Below, piece after piece: positions 17,752-26,547 of a stretch of 55,410 nt of DNA. The notes below the pieces were generated by a model that saw nothing but the letters and a program-made list of their open reading frames with translations, ran no database searches and was not told the DNA's origin. The translations under genes and the position numbers were made by a program. The stretch comes from Thermoplasmata archaeon (GTDB taxonomy: Archaea > Thermoplasmatota > Thermoplasmata > Lutacidiplasmatales > UBA184). The first letter of the stretch is position 1; each line of letters starts with the position of its first letter. The stretch spans positions 1 through 55,410 of the forward strand of contig JBAIXP010000077.1 in NCBI GenBank assembly GCA_037916495.1. Direction: 5' to 3'.

Positions 17752-18003
17752 ATGGTCGCGGACGTGGCGGGGGCCGGCAACGACCCCTTGCTCGCGGAGC
17801 TCGCCGACGCGGTCCATCGGGCGAAGGTCCGCCCCCGGGAGATCGAGGTCGGGGTCGCGCTCTCCGTCGTGCTGGGCCGCCTCCGCGGCTCGGTCTCCTG
17901 CGGAGGCTGCCAGGTCCCGCTCGAGTTCGAGGGGATCCCGGCCCGGACGAACGTGCATCTCAAGGTCCCGTTCCGGCTGGTCGGGGACGGGGCCGCAGCC
18001 TAG
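17752..18003 (+). CDS. Hypothetical 83-aa protein
   Basis: Nearly uniform G/C at third codon positions. No family recognised. The overlapping antisense ORFs (17716..18327, 17721..17963) look like shadows. Confidence 0.45.
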   Translation: MVADVAGAGNDPLLAELADAVHRAKVRPREIEVGVALSVVLGRLRGSVSCGGCQVPLEFEGIPARTNVHLKVPFRLVGDGAAA

Positions 18004-18012
18004 CGGCGAGGT

Positions 18013-18726
18013 TTGGGATCCGTGGCGTTCTCCCTGGTCGGCACCGTCGTGGACTTCGTCGTCCTGGTCCTCTCCTCGGTGGGGCTGACGGGGGTGTTCG
18101 CCTTGATGGCCGTGGAGAGCTTCGGGATCCCTCCGCTCCCGAGCGAGGTGATCCTGCCGTTCACCGGCTTCCTCATCGCCGAGGGGACGTTCTCCTTCGG
18201 CGGGGCGCTCGCGGCGGCTCTCGCCGGCGGGCTCGTCGGCTCGTTCGCCGCGTACGCGGTAGGCCGGTGGTGGCGCCACCGGCTGGTCGACATCGGCATC
18301 GGGCCGCTCCGCGTGGAGCCCCGGCACCTCGACCGGATGGACCGTTTCTTCGCCCGACGCGGGGAGATGACGGTCGGCCTCGCCCGGCTCGTCCCGATCG
18401 TCCGAAGCTACATCAGCTACCCGGCGGGCACGGCGAAGATGAGCCCGGTCCGGTTCGCGGTCTACACCCTCGTCGGCTCCGTGCCGTTCACGGTCGCGTT
18501 CCTCTACGCCGGGATGATCCTCGGTGCGGACTGGAACATCGTCTCGAGCTACCTGCGTTGGGTCGATGTCGCCGCGGGGATCCTCGTAATCCTCGCCCTC
18601 GTGTACCTTTCGCTGCTCCTCGCCGGGCGCCTGACCCCCGGGTGGCCCCCGCGGTGGGTCCGAGGCGGGGCGAAGACCGCTCCCGCCGACGGGCCCTCCG
18701 GGGGGCCCCCTTCTTCTCCCGGGTAG
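18013..18726 (+). CDS. dedA: DedA/SNARE-associated family membrane protein
   Basis: ESFGIPPLPSEVILPFTGFLIAEG plus RLVPIVRSYISYPAG are DedA signatures. The start is uncertain (TTG 18013 or GTG 18022). Confidence 0.75.
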   Translation: MGSVAFSLVGTVVDFVVLVLSSVGLTGVFALMAVESFGIPPLPSEVILPFTGFLIAEGTFSFGGALAAALAGGLVGSFAAYAVGRWWRHRLVDIGIGPLRVEPRHLDRMDRFFARRGEMTVGLARLVPIVRSYISYPAGTAKMSPVRFAVYTLVGSVPFTVAFLYAGMILGADWNIVSSYLRWVDVAAGILVILALVYLSLLLAGRLTPGWPPRWVRGGAKTAPADGPSGGPPSSPG

Positions 18727-18733
18727 CCGGGAC

Positions 18734-20089
18734 TCAGTCGCGGGGCACCGGGACCGACTCCGCCCCCGGCGCGAACTCGGGCCGGACGATCCGGCCGTCC
18801 GGGCGGCCGACGTACTCGTACTCCGTCACGATCCGCACCCCGTCGCGCCAGTGCTCGCTCGGGAAGATCGCCTCGTGCCCTTCGAAGGCGGTCCAGCCGC
18901 ACGGGGCGTGGAGGTCGTCCGCGCGGACGGTCGACCGCCGGCGGAAGTCGATCACGAGGAGGTTCGCCCGATGGCCGACCGCCAGCCGGCCCGTCGGCTG
19001 GCCGAGCCAGCGCGCGGGACGGTCGCAGAGGCTTGCGAGGACGAGCTCGAGCGGGAGCTCACCCGACCGGACGCGCGCGAGGAGCAGCGGGAGCATCGTC
19101 TCGACCCCCGGCATGCCGCTCGGGGCCTCGGCGAACTTGCGGGCCTTGGCATCGGCCGGGTGCGGGGCGTGGTCGCTCGCCACGCACGGGACCCCTCCGC
19201 GGCGGTACGTCTCCCAGAGGGCCCGGCGCACCGGCTCGTCGCGCAGGGGCGGGTTCACCTTGAACCGTGCGTCGGCCCCGGACCGCTCGGAGAGGAGGAG
19301 GTGGTGCGGGGTCGCCTCGAAGGAGACCCCCCGCGCGAGGAGCTTCTCGGCGAGGTCGGCCGAGGTCACGTGGGCGACGTGCAGCCGAAGTCCGGCCGGA
19401 GCGGCGGCGAGGACGCGCTCGACCGCCGAGGCCTCCGCCGCCGGGGGGCGGACGAGGTCCCAGCCCCGGGGGTCCGAAGGGATCGTCCCGGCCTTGAACC
19501 GGGCCGGGTCCTCGGCGTGGACGACGACCGGAAGGTCGTAGCTCGCAAGGTCGCCGAGAAGGCGCGCGAGCTCGTCGGGGGCCACCGGCCGCTCGAGCTG
19601 GGTGGTCGGGCTCAGGAAGACCTTGAAGCCGCCCGCGACGCGGGCGAGCGCGGGGAGCTGGCGCCGGTCGCCCGGGATCGCGTAGAGGAGCACGTCGACC
19701 GCGGCCCGCCCCCGGACCCGGGCCGCCTTCTCCTCGAACCGCTCGAGCGAATCGACCGGCGGTTCGGTGTTCGGCATCTCCCCGACCAGTCCGACCCCCC
19801 CGAGCGCGGCCCCGACCGTCCCTGTCGGGAGCGACTCGCCGCTCGCGAGACCCGGCGGGTCGCGCAGGTGGACGTGGAGGTCGGTCGCGGCGGGCACGAT
19901 CACGGCATCCCCGACGTCGTGACGATGCTCGCCGTCACGTACCCGGCCGAGGGAGGCGATCCGCCCGTGCTCGTCGATCGCGATCTCGACCGGCTGGAGC
20001 CGACCGCCGACGAGGGCCCGTCCCGCGAGGACGAGCGGGGCCGGGGCCGCCTCGCTTTCCCGTCGGATCCGCTGCGTCGGAGGTGCCAA
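18734..20089 (-). CDS. pyrC: Dihydroorotase (cyclic amidohydrolase family)
   Basis: PAATDLHVHLRDPG, EMPNT, VVVHAED, HVAHVTS and ASDHAPH. The start is uncertain (TTG at 20089). Confidence 0.8.
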   Translation of the reverse strand: MAPPTQRIRRESEAAPAPLVLAGRALVGGRLQPVEIAIDEHGRIASLGRVRDGEHRHDVGDAVIVPAATDLHVHLRDPPGLASGESLPTGTVGAALGGVGLVGEMPNTEPPVDSLERFEEKAARVRGRAAVDVLLYAIPGDRRQLPALARVAGGFKVFLSPTTQLERPVAPDELARLLGDLASYDLPVVVHAEDPARFKAGTIPSDPRGWDLVRPPAAEASAVERVLAAAPAGLRLHVAHVTSADLAEKLLARGVSFEATPHHLLLSERSGADARFKVNPPLRDEPVRRALWETYRRGGVPCVASDHAPHPADAKARKFAEAPSGMPGVETMLPLLLARVRSGELPLELVLASLCDRPARWLGQPTGRLAVGHRANLLVIDFRRRSTVRADDLHAPCGWTAFEGHEAIFPSEHWRDGVRIVTEYEYVGRPDGRIVRPEFAPGAESVPVPRD

Positions 20090-20115
20090 CGCTCCCGGCG
20101 AGACACCCCCGCGTA

Positions 20116-21237
20116 ATGAGCGCGCGGGGGGCCGACGGAGGCGAGGGGTTTTCTCGCGGGCCGGCTCCCCGGCGCGTGGCGCGCCCCTCGCCGTCGACCC
20201 GTACCACGAGCTACCGCGACAGCGGCGTCGACCTCGTGGGCCGGGCCCGGGCCGTCCGGGAGCTGGTGCGGGCCGCGGCGTACCGCGCGCCGGCCTCCCA
20301 CGGCCGTGTGGTCGGTGCGGCCGGGCACTTCGCCGGCCTCGTGCGGGTCGGCTCCGAGACGATCGCGGTGACGACCGACACCGTCGGGACGAAGGTCCTG
20401 CTTGCCGAGACGCTCGGGGCTTGGGAGGGCGTGGGGGAGGACCTGGTGGCGGTGAACGTCAATGACCTCGCCTCGGTCGGTGCCCGGCCGGCGGGGCTGG
20501 TCGACACGATCCTCTTCGGAACGGCGTCGGTCGCGACGTTCCGGTCGATCGGCCGCGGGATCGGGCGGGGCCTTGCCCGCGCGCGGTGCTCCCTCCTCGG
20601 GGGCGAGACCGCGCAGGTCGGGGAGATCGTGCGGGGGATCGACCTCGGCGGCACGGCGGTGGGGTTCTTCCCCCGAGGTCGTGCCCCGGTCCTCGGCGCG
20701 AGGATCCGTCCCGGCGACACGATCGTCGGCCTGCCGTCGAACGGCTTCCATGCGAACGGCTACACCCTTTTGCGCCGCCTCCTCGCGGAGCGGCGGGTGC
20801 CGCTCGACCGGCCCCGCCCGGGTGCGCAGCGCCCGGTGGGTCAGGAGCTGCTCGAGCCCACCCGGATCTACTCCCCGGCGAGCGACTCTGTCGCCGACCT
20901 CGCGTCGGTCCATGGGTTCGCCCACGTGAGCGGCGGCGGGGTCCAGAACCTCCTCCGCCTGAACGAGAAGGCGCGGTTCGTCCTCGACGGCTGGCCCGAG
21001 CCTCCGTCCCTCTTCGGCTGGGTCCAGCGGCTGGGCGACCTCTCCGACCGGGAGATGTACCGGACGTTCAACATGGGCATCGGGTTCGCGCTCGTCGTCT
21101 CTTCGCGCTCGGTGCGTCGCGTCCTCCGCCGCCTGGCGCGGGCGGGGTTTCCGGACGCGGTCCCAATCGGCCGCGTGGAGCGGGGCCGCGGGGTCGAGCT
21201 GCCGGGGCTCGGGTTGCGGTACACGGGGTACGCGTAG
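20116..21237 (+). CDS. purM: Phosphoribosylformylglycinamidine cyclo-ligase (AIR synthetase)
   Basis: SYRDSGVD, VTTDTVGTKV, DLVAVNVNDL, GGETA, SNGFHANGYTL and FNMGIGF. An alternative start is GTG 20176. Confidence 0.8.
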   Translation: MSARGADGGEGFSRGPAPRRVARPSPSTRTTSYRDSGVDLVGRARAVRELVRAAAYRAPASHGRVVGAAGHFAGLVRVGSETIAVTTDTVGTKVLLAETLGAWEGVGEDLVAVNVNDLASVGARPAGLVDTILFGTASVATFRSIGRGIGRGLARARCSLLGGETAQVGEIVRGIDLGGTAVGFFPRGRAPVLGARIRPGDTIVGLPSNGFHANGYTLLRRLLAERRVPLDRPRPGAQRPVGQELLEPTRIYSPASDSVADLASVHGFAHVSGGGVQNLLRLNEKARFVLDGWPEPPSLFGWVQRLGDLSDREMYRTFNMGIGFALVVSSRSVRRVLRRLARAGFPDAVPIGRVERGRGVELPGLGLRYTGYA

Positions 21238-21292
21238 GCCGCCCGACGGACGCAGATCGTAAGCGGGCGGTCGGGGAGGGGGAGGAGGCGGC

Positions 21293-22231
21293 GTGGCGGC
21301 GGCACGGTGGCCGTGGGGCACCGCGGTCGCCTTCTCGGTCCTCGCCGCGTTCGGCTGGGCGACCTACTACCTGTTCATTCTGAAGGTGGGGGCAAGGGCC
21401 ACCCCGGCCGCTGCCCTCGTCTACCCGTTCCTCTTCGGAGGCGGGGCGTACGCGCTCTGGGCGGGGGCCCACGCCGAGGGGAAAGGCGTCCTCGCCCTGT
21501 TCCTCGCCCCGTCGGCCTGGACCCGAACGGCGCTCCTGGTCGGCATGCAGGTCGCCGTTCTCGCCTCCACCTACCTCACCGGCCCGATCGACGCGTCGCT
21601 CCTCGCCCTGCTGGGGGACGTGGTCGCGACGCCCCTTCTCGTCGCGTTCTGGGCGGGCGGGCGCCGCGGTCTGCTCACCACGCCGGCGTTCCTCCTCGGT
21701 CTTGCCCTGAGCCTCGTGGGAGGCTCGCTCGCCATCGCGGGGGGAAAGTCGCTCGAGGCGGTCCCGCCCCTCGGCTGGCTCGCGGTGCCGGCGGTCCCGC
21801 TCACCGTTGCGTTCTACTTCGTCCTCTCCGCGCGGGCCGGCGCCCGCGATGGCCGGTTCGCGGTCGTGGCCCAATCGATGGTGAGCGCAGGGCTCGTCAC
21901 GGTCGTCCTCGCCCCGCTCCTTCCGGGGGGCGCGCCGGGTCTCTTCGAGATCGGTGCCGTCCCGCTCCTCCTGCTCGCGGTGAACGGCGTGGTGAGCTTC
22001 TTCCTCGCCCCCCTGCTCTACTTCCGGGCGATCGCGATGGTCGGCTTCGTCGTCCCTCCGATGCTCATGACGGGCATCCCGGTGTTCACCCTGCTGCTCT
22101 CCGCCCTCTTCCTCGGGGTCGCCCCGACCCTCGTCGCGCTGCTCGGGATCCCGCTCGCCGTCGTCGGCGGGGTCGTGACGCTCGAGTCGGAGCGCCGGAC
22201 CGCCGCGCCGGCCCCTACTCCCAGTCCGTGA
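21293..22231 (+). CDS. EamA/DMT-superfamily transporter (10-TM type)
   Basis: Two similar halves, each with about five hydrophobic helices. This is a family-level call only. Confidence 0.55.
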   Translation: MAAARWPWGTAVAFSVLAAFGWATYYLFILKVGARATPAAALVYPFLFGGGAYALWAGAHAEGKGVLALFLAPSAWTRTALLVGMQVAVLASTYLTGPIDASLLALLGDVVATPLLVAFWAGGRRGLLTTPAFLLGLALSLVGGSLAIAGGKSLEAVPPLGWLAVPAVPLTVAFYFVLSARAGARDGRFAVVAQSMVSAGLVTVVLAPLLPGGAPGLFEIGAVPLLLLAVNGVVSFFLAPLLYFRAIAMVGFVVPPMLMTGIPVFTLLLSALFLGVAPTLVALLGIPLAVVGGVVTLESERRTAAPAPTPSP

Positions 22232-24677
22232 GGTCCCGGCGGGCGACCTTGCGCCGGCCCCGCGTGCCGATCTCGCCCACCGGCGTGTCGAGGCCGGCCG
22301 GCGCCCCCGGGGGGACCGCCGGCGCGGCCGGGTCGTTCGCGCCGAGGCGCTGCTGGTGGTTGCCCCGCAGGAGCGAGTCGGTGTCCCAGTCGAAGACCTC
22401 CGTCACCCGCGCGAGGGTCTGCGCCACGCGTTCGGCGTAGTAGTCGAAGTCCGGCTCGCCCGTGAACTTTCGTCCCTCGACCCAAGGGGTGACCTCCTGA
22501 GGGCTCCTTTTCGAGTTCGTCACGATCCAAGCGACCCGCATCCCAGGGACGACGTCGTAGCCCTCTTCCCGGAGCTGGCGGTAGACGCGCAGGAACGGGA
22601 GCGCGTCCCGGGTGGCGGCGTTGTACTCGCTCTCGTCCCGGACCGACCGGGCGATGACGAGCTTCTCCGCCGGCACCTCCCGCGCCTTCACCGCCTGGAC
22701 GAGCTCGCGGGCGCGACGGACCGCGGCGTCGGTCTCCCCCTTGAGGACGAGGTCGAACACCTCGAGGAGCGACTCCGACTGGTAGTCGAAGGCGTCCGAG
22801 CGTCGCGTCTCGTAGCCGCGGACGACCGTGTCCTCCCTCGGCCAGACCATCCGGCCGACGTAGCGCTTCTTGGCTCCGTGGGAGAAGAACGTCTCGTAGA
22901 TCGACTGGAACTCGAAGGTCGCGCCCTGGGCGGTGAACCTCTTGGCGATCTGCTCGCCGAACTCCCGCGCCCCCTCGAGCGTCGGCACGGGGGACCGGAC
23001 GAAGACCGAGTCGGTGTCGGAGTAGATCACCTCGTTGCCCTCTTGCTCGAGGTCGCGGATGATCGAGACGATCGCCTCCCGCGCGAACGCCGTGATCGAC
23101 GCGCCGATCTCCTTGTTCGTGAACCGGTAGAAGCTCGACGCAAGGACCCCGTAGAACGAGTTCATCAGGACCTTGACGGCGTTCTGGAGGCCGTCGTAGT
23201 ACTCCGCGAGCTCGGGGGAGGACGCCGCCTTCGCCGCCCGGCGGAACCGGTCCCGGTCGGCGAGCAGCTCGGTAAGGATCTGGGGGATGATGCCGCGGCG
23301 GACCTCGGGCGCGAGGAACCGCGCGCCGCCCGGCGCGCGGGTCGTTCCCTCGGGCGAGAGCGTGGTGAAGCAGAGGTTGCGGGCGATGATGATCGACGGG
23401 TACATCGACTTGAAGTCGAGGACCACGACAAACCGGTAGAGCCCGGGCCGGATGGCGTGGACGTAGCCGCCCTCGATCGCCCCTTCCCGCGCCGCGCGGT
23501 GCGTCGGCGGGACGCCGACGTGCTGCTCGTCCGCCCGAGGGATGAGCAGGGAATCGACGAAGAGGGACGTCCGGCCGTTCAACCCCTCCTCGAGGGGAAG
23601 GTGGGCGACGGTCGCGAGGTCCGTCGCCTTCTCCACGACGCGCAGGCGCGCGACGATCCGCAGCGCGAGGTCGGCGTCGTGCTCGCAGTACTCCATCACC
23701 CGCTCCGGGTCGCGGGCCCACTCGGCGTCGATGTTGCGCCGGTCGACGTCGAGCTTGGTGTCGTTGAGGAGCGTCCGCGCGACGAACTGGAGGGTCTCCT
23801 GCTTGGGGCGAAGCTCGCGGCGCGCCGACCACCAGGCGTCCGCGACGATCCGCCCCGTGACCTTCCAGAGCCGCTCGCCGGCCTCCTTCACCGGTCCGGC
23901 CTCGCGGCCGAGCTTGAGCTCGCCGAGCCCGAGCTTCTGCGCCCGCTCGAGGAGGAGCGGGAAGTCGTAGCCGCCGATGTTGTAGCCGGTGATCACGTCC
24001 GGGTCGTCGCGGGCGATGACGCGCACGAACTCCTCGAGGATCGCGCGCTCTTCCCGGTTCGCGATGCGGAACGTCGCGCGCGGGCGCCCTCCACCCTCCG
24101 CGACGCCGCAGATCGTGAAGATCGTCCTCTGCCGGATCGCGTTCTCGATGTCGAAGGAAAGGACCCTCAAGGGGGGGCGGAACGGCTCGGCCGCGCGGAG
24201 GTCCTGGCCCGGCCCGGTGACCACCCTCACGACCTCCTCGACCGTGTAGCGCGCGCGGACCTCGTCCGGCTCGTCCTCCGCCTCGAACGTGAGGTAGAGG
24301 CCGATGTGCCGGTCGTAGAGGAACCGGTGGACGAACGGGATGTCGGAGGAGAGAACGCGGTCTTCAGGGCCGCTCCCGCGGTAGGCCTTGCGGTAGTCCG
24401 GGACCATCCAGGGATGGTGGAGCACGACCCGCGCGGCGGTGCGCTCGCGCCCCCCGTAGAAGACCTCGAGCGGCTCGAGCGTGACGATCTCGGGGTCGGC
24501 GGAAAGCCGTGCGCGCTCCTCCTCGGTCGGCTCGACCAGCACGAAGTACGGTCGGAAGCCGTAGTAGCGGGCGACGATCGAGCGGCCCTCGCGCGTCCGC
24601 CCGAACAGCTCGAGGACGACGCCGTCGCCCACCGCCTGGTAGGAACCGTCCAAGAGGAACAGGTCGACCGTGCGCAC
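22215..24677 (-). CDS. polB: Family B DNA polymerase
   Basis: Exonuclease motif LSFDIEN, polymerase motifs DFKSMYPSIII, KVLMNSFYG and YSDTDSVFV. GTG 24677 (VRTVDLFLLDGSY) lies 20 nt after the udg stop. About 820 aa, no intein-sized insertion. Confidence 0.92.
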   Translation of the reverse strand: MRTVDLFLLDGSYQAVGDGVVLELFGRTREGRSIVARYYGFRPYFVLVEPTEEERARLSADPEIVTLEPLEVFYGGRERTAARVVLHHPWMVPDYRKAYRGSGPEDRVLSSDIPFVHRFLYDRHIGLYLTFEAEDEPDEVRARYTVEEVVRVVTGPGQDLRAAEPFRPPLRVLSFDIENAIRQRTIFTICGVAEGGGRPRATFRIANREERAILEEFVRVIARDDPDVITGYNIGGYDFPLLLERAQKLGLGELKLGREAGPVKEAGERLWKVTGRIVADAWWSARRELRPKQETLQFVARTLLNDTKLDVDRRNIDAEWARDPERVMEYCEHDADLALRIVARLRVVEKATDLATVAHLPLEEGLNGRTSLFVDSLLIPRADEQHVGVPPTHRAAREGAIEGGYVHAIRPGLYRFVVVLDFKSMYPSIIIARNLCFTTLSPEGTTRAPGGARFLAPEVRRGIIPQILTELLADRDRFRRAAKAASSPELAEYYDGLQNAVKVLMNSFYGVLASSFYRFTNKEIGASITAFAREAIVSIIRDLEQEGNEVIYSDTDSVFVRSPVPTLEGAREFGEQIAKRFTAQGATFEFQSIYETFFSHGAKKRYVGRMVWPREDTVVRGYETRRSDAFDYQSESLLEVFDLVLKGETDAAVRRARELVQAVKAREVPAEKLVIARSVRDESEYNAATRDALPFLRVYRQLREEGYDVVPGMRVAWIVTNSKRSPQEVTPWVEGRKFTGEPDFDYYAERVAQTLARVTEVFDWDTDSLLRGNHQQRLGANDPAAPAVPPGAPAGLDTPVGEIGTRGRRKVARRDLTDWE

Positions 24678-24699
24678 GGCCGTGAGAGTCCGGCGCGGG

Positions 24700-25359
24700 T
24701 TATGCCGTTTGTCGGGACCCGGAGCGCAGCCAGGTGCCGAGGAGGCCCACGTCCTTCTTCCAGCGCTCGGCAAGGCGGCGGCTCCTCAAGGTCGCCGCCG
24801 GGTGGACGAGAGGGAACACCGGCCCGCGCGATGTCGCCCACGGTCGACCGGCCGCGGTGAGGACCGGCGGGAGGTCGGGGGCGAGGGCGCGCAGGGCCTT
24901 CGCCCCCAGCGGGACGAGGACAGCGGGACGGAGGAGGTCGAGCTGGCGTTCGAGGTACGGCCGGCACGTCCGGGCCGCCGCGACATCGAACCGGTTCTTC
25001 GGCGGGCGGCACTTGAGGACGTTCAGCACACCGAACTCGCCGAGGTCCGGGCCGAGGTCACGGATGGCCCGGTCGAGGATCGCGCCCGAGCGGCCCACGA
25101 AGGGGAGCCCGAGCCGGTCCTCCTCGGCTCCCGGTGCCTCGCCGACGAACACCGCCCGGGGCCGGTAGCTCCCGCGGTAGACCACCGCGTGGGTCCGACT
25201 CCGCCCGAGGGGGCAGAGCCGGCAGGACCGGATCCGACGGGCGAGCCGCTCGAGCTCAAGTCGCCGCGCCGCCTCGCTGCCGGCCCCGCTAGCTCGCGCG
25301 ACCGCCCCGCCGAGGGTCCCGGCCGCGGTCGGTCGCTCCGCCGCCGAGCTCCTCCGCAC
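24700..25359 (-). CDS. udg: Family 4 uracil-DNA glycosylase (Fe-S type)
   Basis: CRLCPL, FVGEAPGAEED, PFVGRSG, NVLKCRPP and LVHPAA, with four Cys in the usual family-4 positions. Trimmed to GTG 25359 because the longer track ORF would run through the TATA box and the rps12 gene. Confidence 0.8.
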   Translation of the reverse strand: MRRSSAAERPTAAGTLGGAVARASGAGSEAARRLELERLARRIRSCRLCPLGRSRTHAVVYRGSYRPRAVFVGEAPGAEEDRLGLPFVGRSGAILDRAIRDLGPDLGEFGVLNVLKCRPPKNRFDVAAARTCRPYLERQLDLLRPAVLVPLGAKALRALAPDLPPVLTAAGRPWATSRGPVFPLVHPAATLRSRRLAERWKKDVGLLGTWLRSGSRQTA

Positions 25360-25394
25360 GTCCGCGCCCCGTTCCGGCGAAAACCGCCAGGGAG

Positions 25395-25404
25395 TTTTAA
25401 ATAG
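25395..25404. promoter_or_regulatory. TATA box (TTTTAAATAG) between divergent udg-polB and rps12-rps7-aEF2
   Basis: The only AT-rich decamer in the 78-nt gap. It lies about 34-38 nt from ATG 25438 (+) and about 36-41 nt from GTG 25359 (-). Confidence 0.6.
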
Positions 25405-25437
25405 GTCGACCCTGTGGCTCGGCTCCCTTACGGTCTC

Positions 25438-25872
25438 ATGACCCCGCCGTCCGGTCTCAACACCGCTGGCCGCCTCGAGCGCCTGCGTCAGCGCCGGCGC
25501 TGGTCGGACCGGTACTACAAGCGCCGGACCCTCCACCTCAAGGAGCGCTCCGACCCCCTCGAGGGGGCCCCCCAGGCCCGCGGGATCGTCATCGAGAAGG
25601 TCGGCGTCGAGGCGAAGCAGCCGAACTCGGCGATCCGCAAGTGCATCAAGGTCCAGCTCATCAAGAACGGCCGTCAGGTAACGGCGTTCGCCGTCGGGGA
25701 CGGGGCCATCAACTTTATTGACGAGCACGACGAGGTTCTAGTCGAAGGGATCGGAGGTCGTATGGGGCGTTCCTACGGGGACATCCCGGGCGTCCGGTAC
25801 AAGGTGATCCAGGTGAACGGGACCTCGCTCGACGAGCTCGTGCGCGGGCGCAAGGAGAAGCCGGCCCGATGA
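25438..25872 (+). CDS. rps12: 30S ribosomal protein S12 (uS12)
   Basis: [10 protein letters not shown]...[29 protein letters not shown]...IPGVRYKV. I prefer ATG 25438 to the track's GTG 25414, which lies too close to the TATA box. Confidence 0.9.
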   Translation: MTPPSGLNTAGRLERLRQRRRWSDRYYKRRTLHLKERSDPLEGAPQARGIVIEKVGVEAKQPNSAIRKCIKVQLIKNGRQVTAFAVGDGAINFIDEHDEVLVEGIGGRMGRSYGDIPGVRYKVIQVNGTSLDELVRGRKEKPAR

Positions 25873-26528
25873 GCGAGGAGATGCCGGCCGGCCTGCCCGG
25901 CGAGTCGGCGGAGGAGACCGGCCCGGTCGTCACCCGTCCGCAGCCGCCGGCGCCGCCCCCCTTCGCCATCCCCCCCCTGTTCGGCAAGTTCAGCTTCGAG
26001 GGGGTGGAGGTCCACGACCCGGGGCTCCTCCCGTACCTCTACCTGCACCCGGTCTACGCGCCCCACACGGAGGGCCGCTTGTGCGGCCGGCCGTTCCAGA
26101 AGACCCACATGCACCTCGTGGAGCGCCTCGCGAACCACCTGATGAAGGGCGGCAAGTTCACGGGCAAGAAGCAGAAGGCGCTCGGGACCGTCCGCCGCGC
26201 GTTCGAAGAGCTCGCGGCGAAGGACGGGAAGAACCCGCTCCAGATGCTCGTCGACGCGGTCGAGAACGCGGCTCCCCGCGAGGAGGTCACCCGCCTCCAG
26301 TTCGGCGGGATCTCCGTCCCCCGCGCGGTCGACGCCTCCCCGGCCCGCCGCCTCAACGTGGCGATCCGTAACCTCGCACTCGGTGCCATCCAGACGTCGC
26401 GCAAGTCGACCAAGGCGATCGAGATGTGCCTCGCGGAGGAGATCCGACTCGCCGCGAAGGGCGACCTCACGTCGTTCGCCGTCGGCCGCAAGGAAGAGGT
26501 CGAGCGCGTCGCCCAGTCGGCGCGTTAG
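25869..26528 (+). CDS. rps7: 30S ribosomal protein S7 (uS7)
   Basis: [19 protein letters not shown]...V..AFE, and C-terminal [14 protein letters not shown]...A.R. ATGA overlap with rps12. Confidence 0.9.
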   Translation: MSEEMPAGLPGESAEETGPVVTRPQPPAPPPFAIPPLFGKFSFEGVEVHDPGLLPYLYLHPVYAPHTEGRLCGRPFQKTHMHLVERLANHLMKGGKFTGKKQKALGTVRRAFEELAAKDGKNPLQMLVDAVENAAPREEVTRLQFGGISVPRAVDASPARRLNVAIRNLALGAIQTSRKSTKAIEMCLAEEIRLAAKGDLTSFAVGRKEEVERVAQSAR

Positions 26529-26547
26529 GCGCCCCGAGGACCCGAAC

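Noticed and set aside
22215-24677. Inteins in polB (also considered for aEF-2 and lhr)
   Set aside because: Protein lengths are normal (about 820, 733 and 948 aa). The conserved motifs are contiguous, with no block resembling a Hint or homing-endonuclease insertion.
22356-24860. 834-aa plus-strand ORF
   Set aside because: It is antisense to polB, which carries all the family B polymerase motifs.
25360-25728. Longer N-terminus for the uracil-DNA glycosylase ORF
   Set aside because: It would run through the shared TATA box and antisense through rps12. Family-4 UDG homology starts only after 25359.
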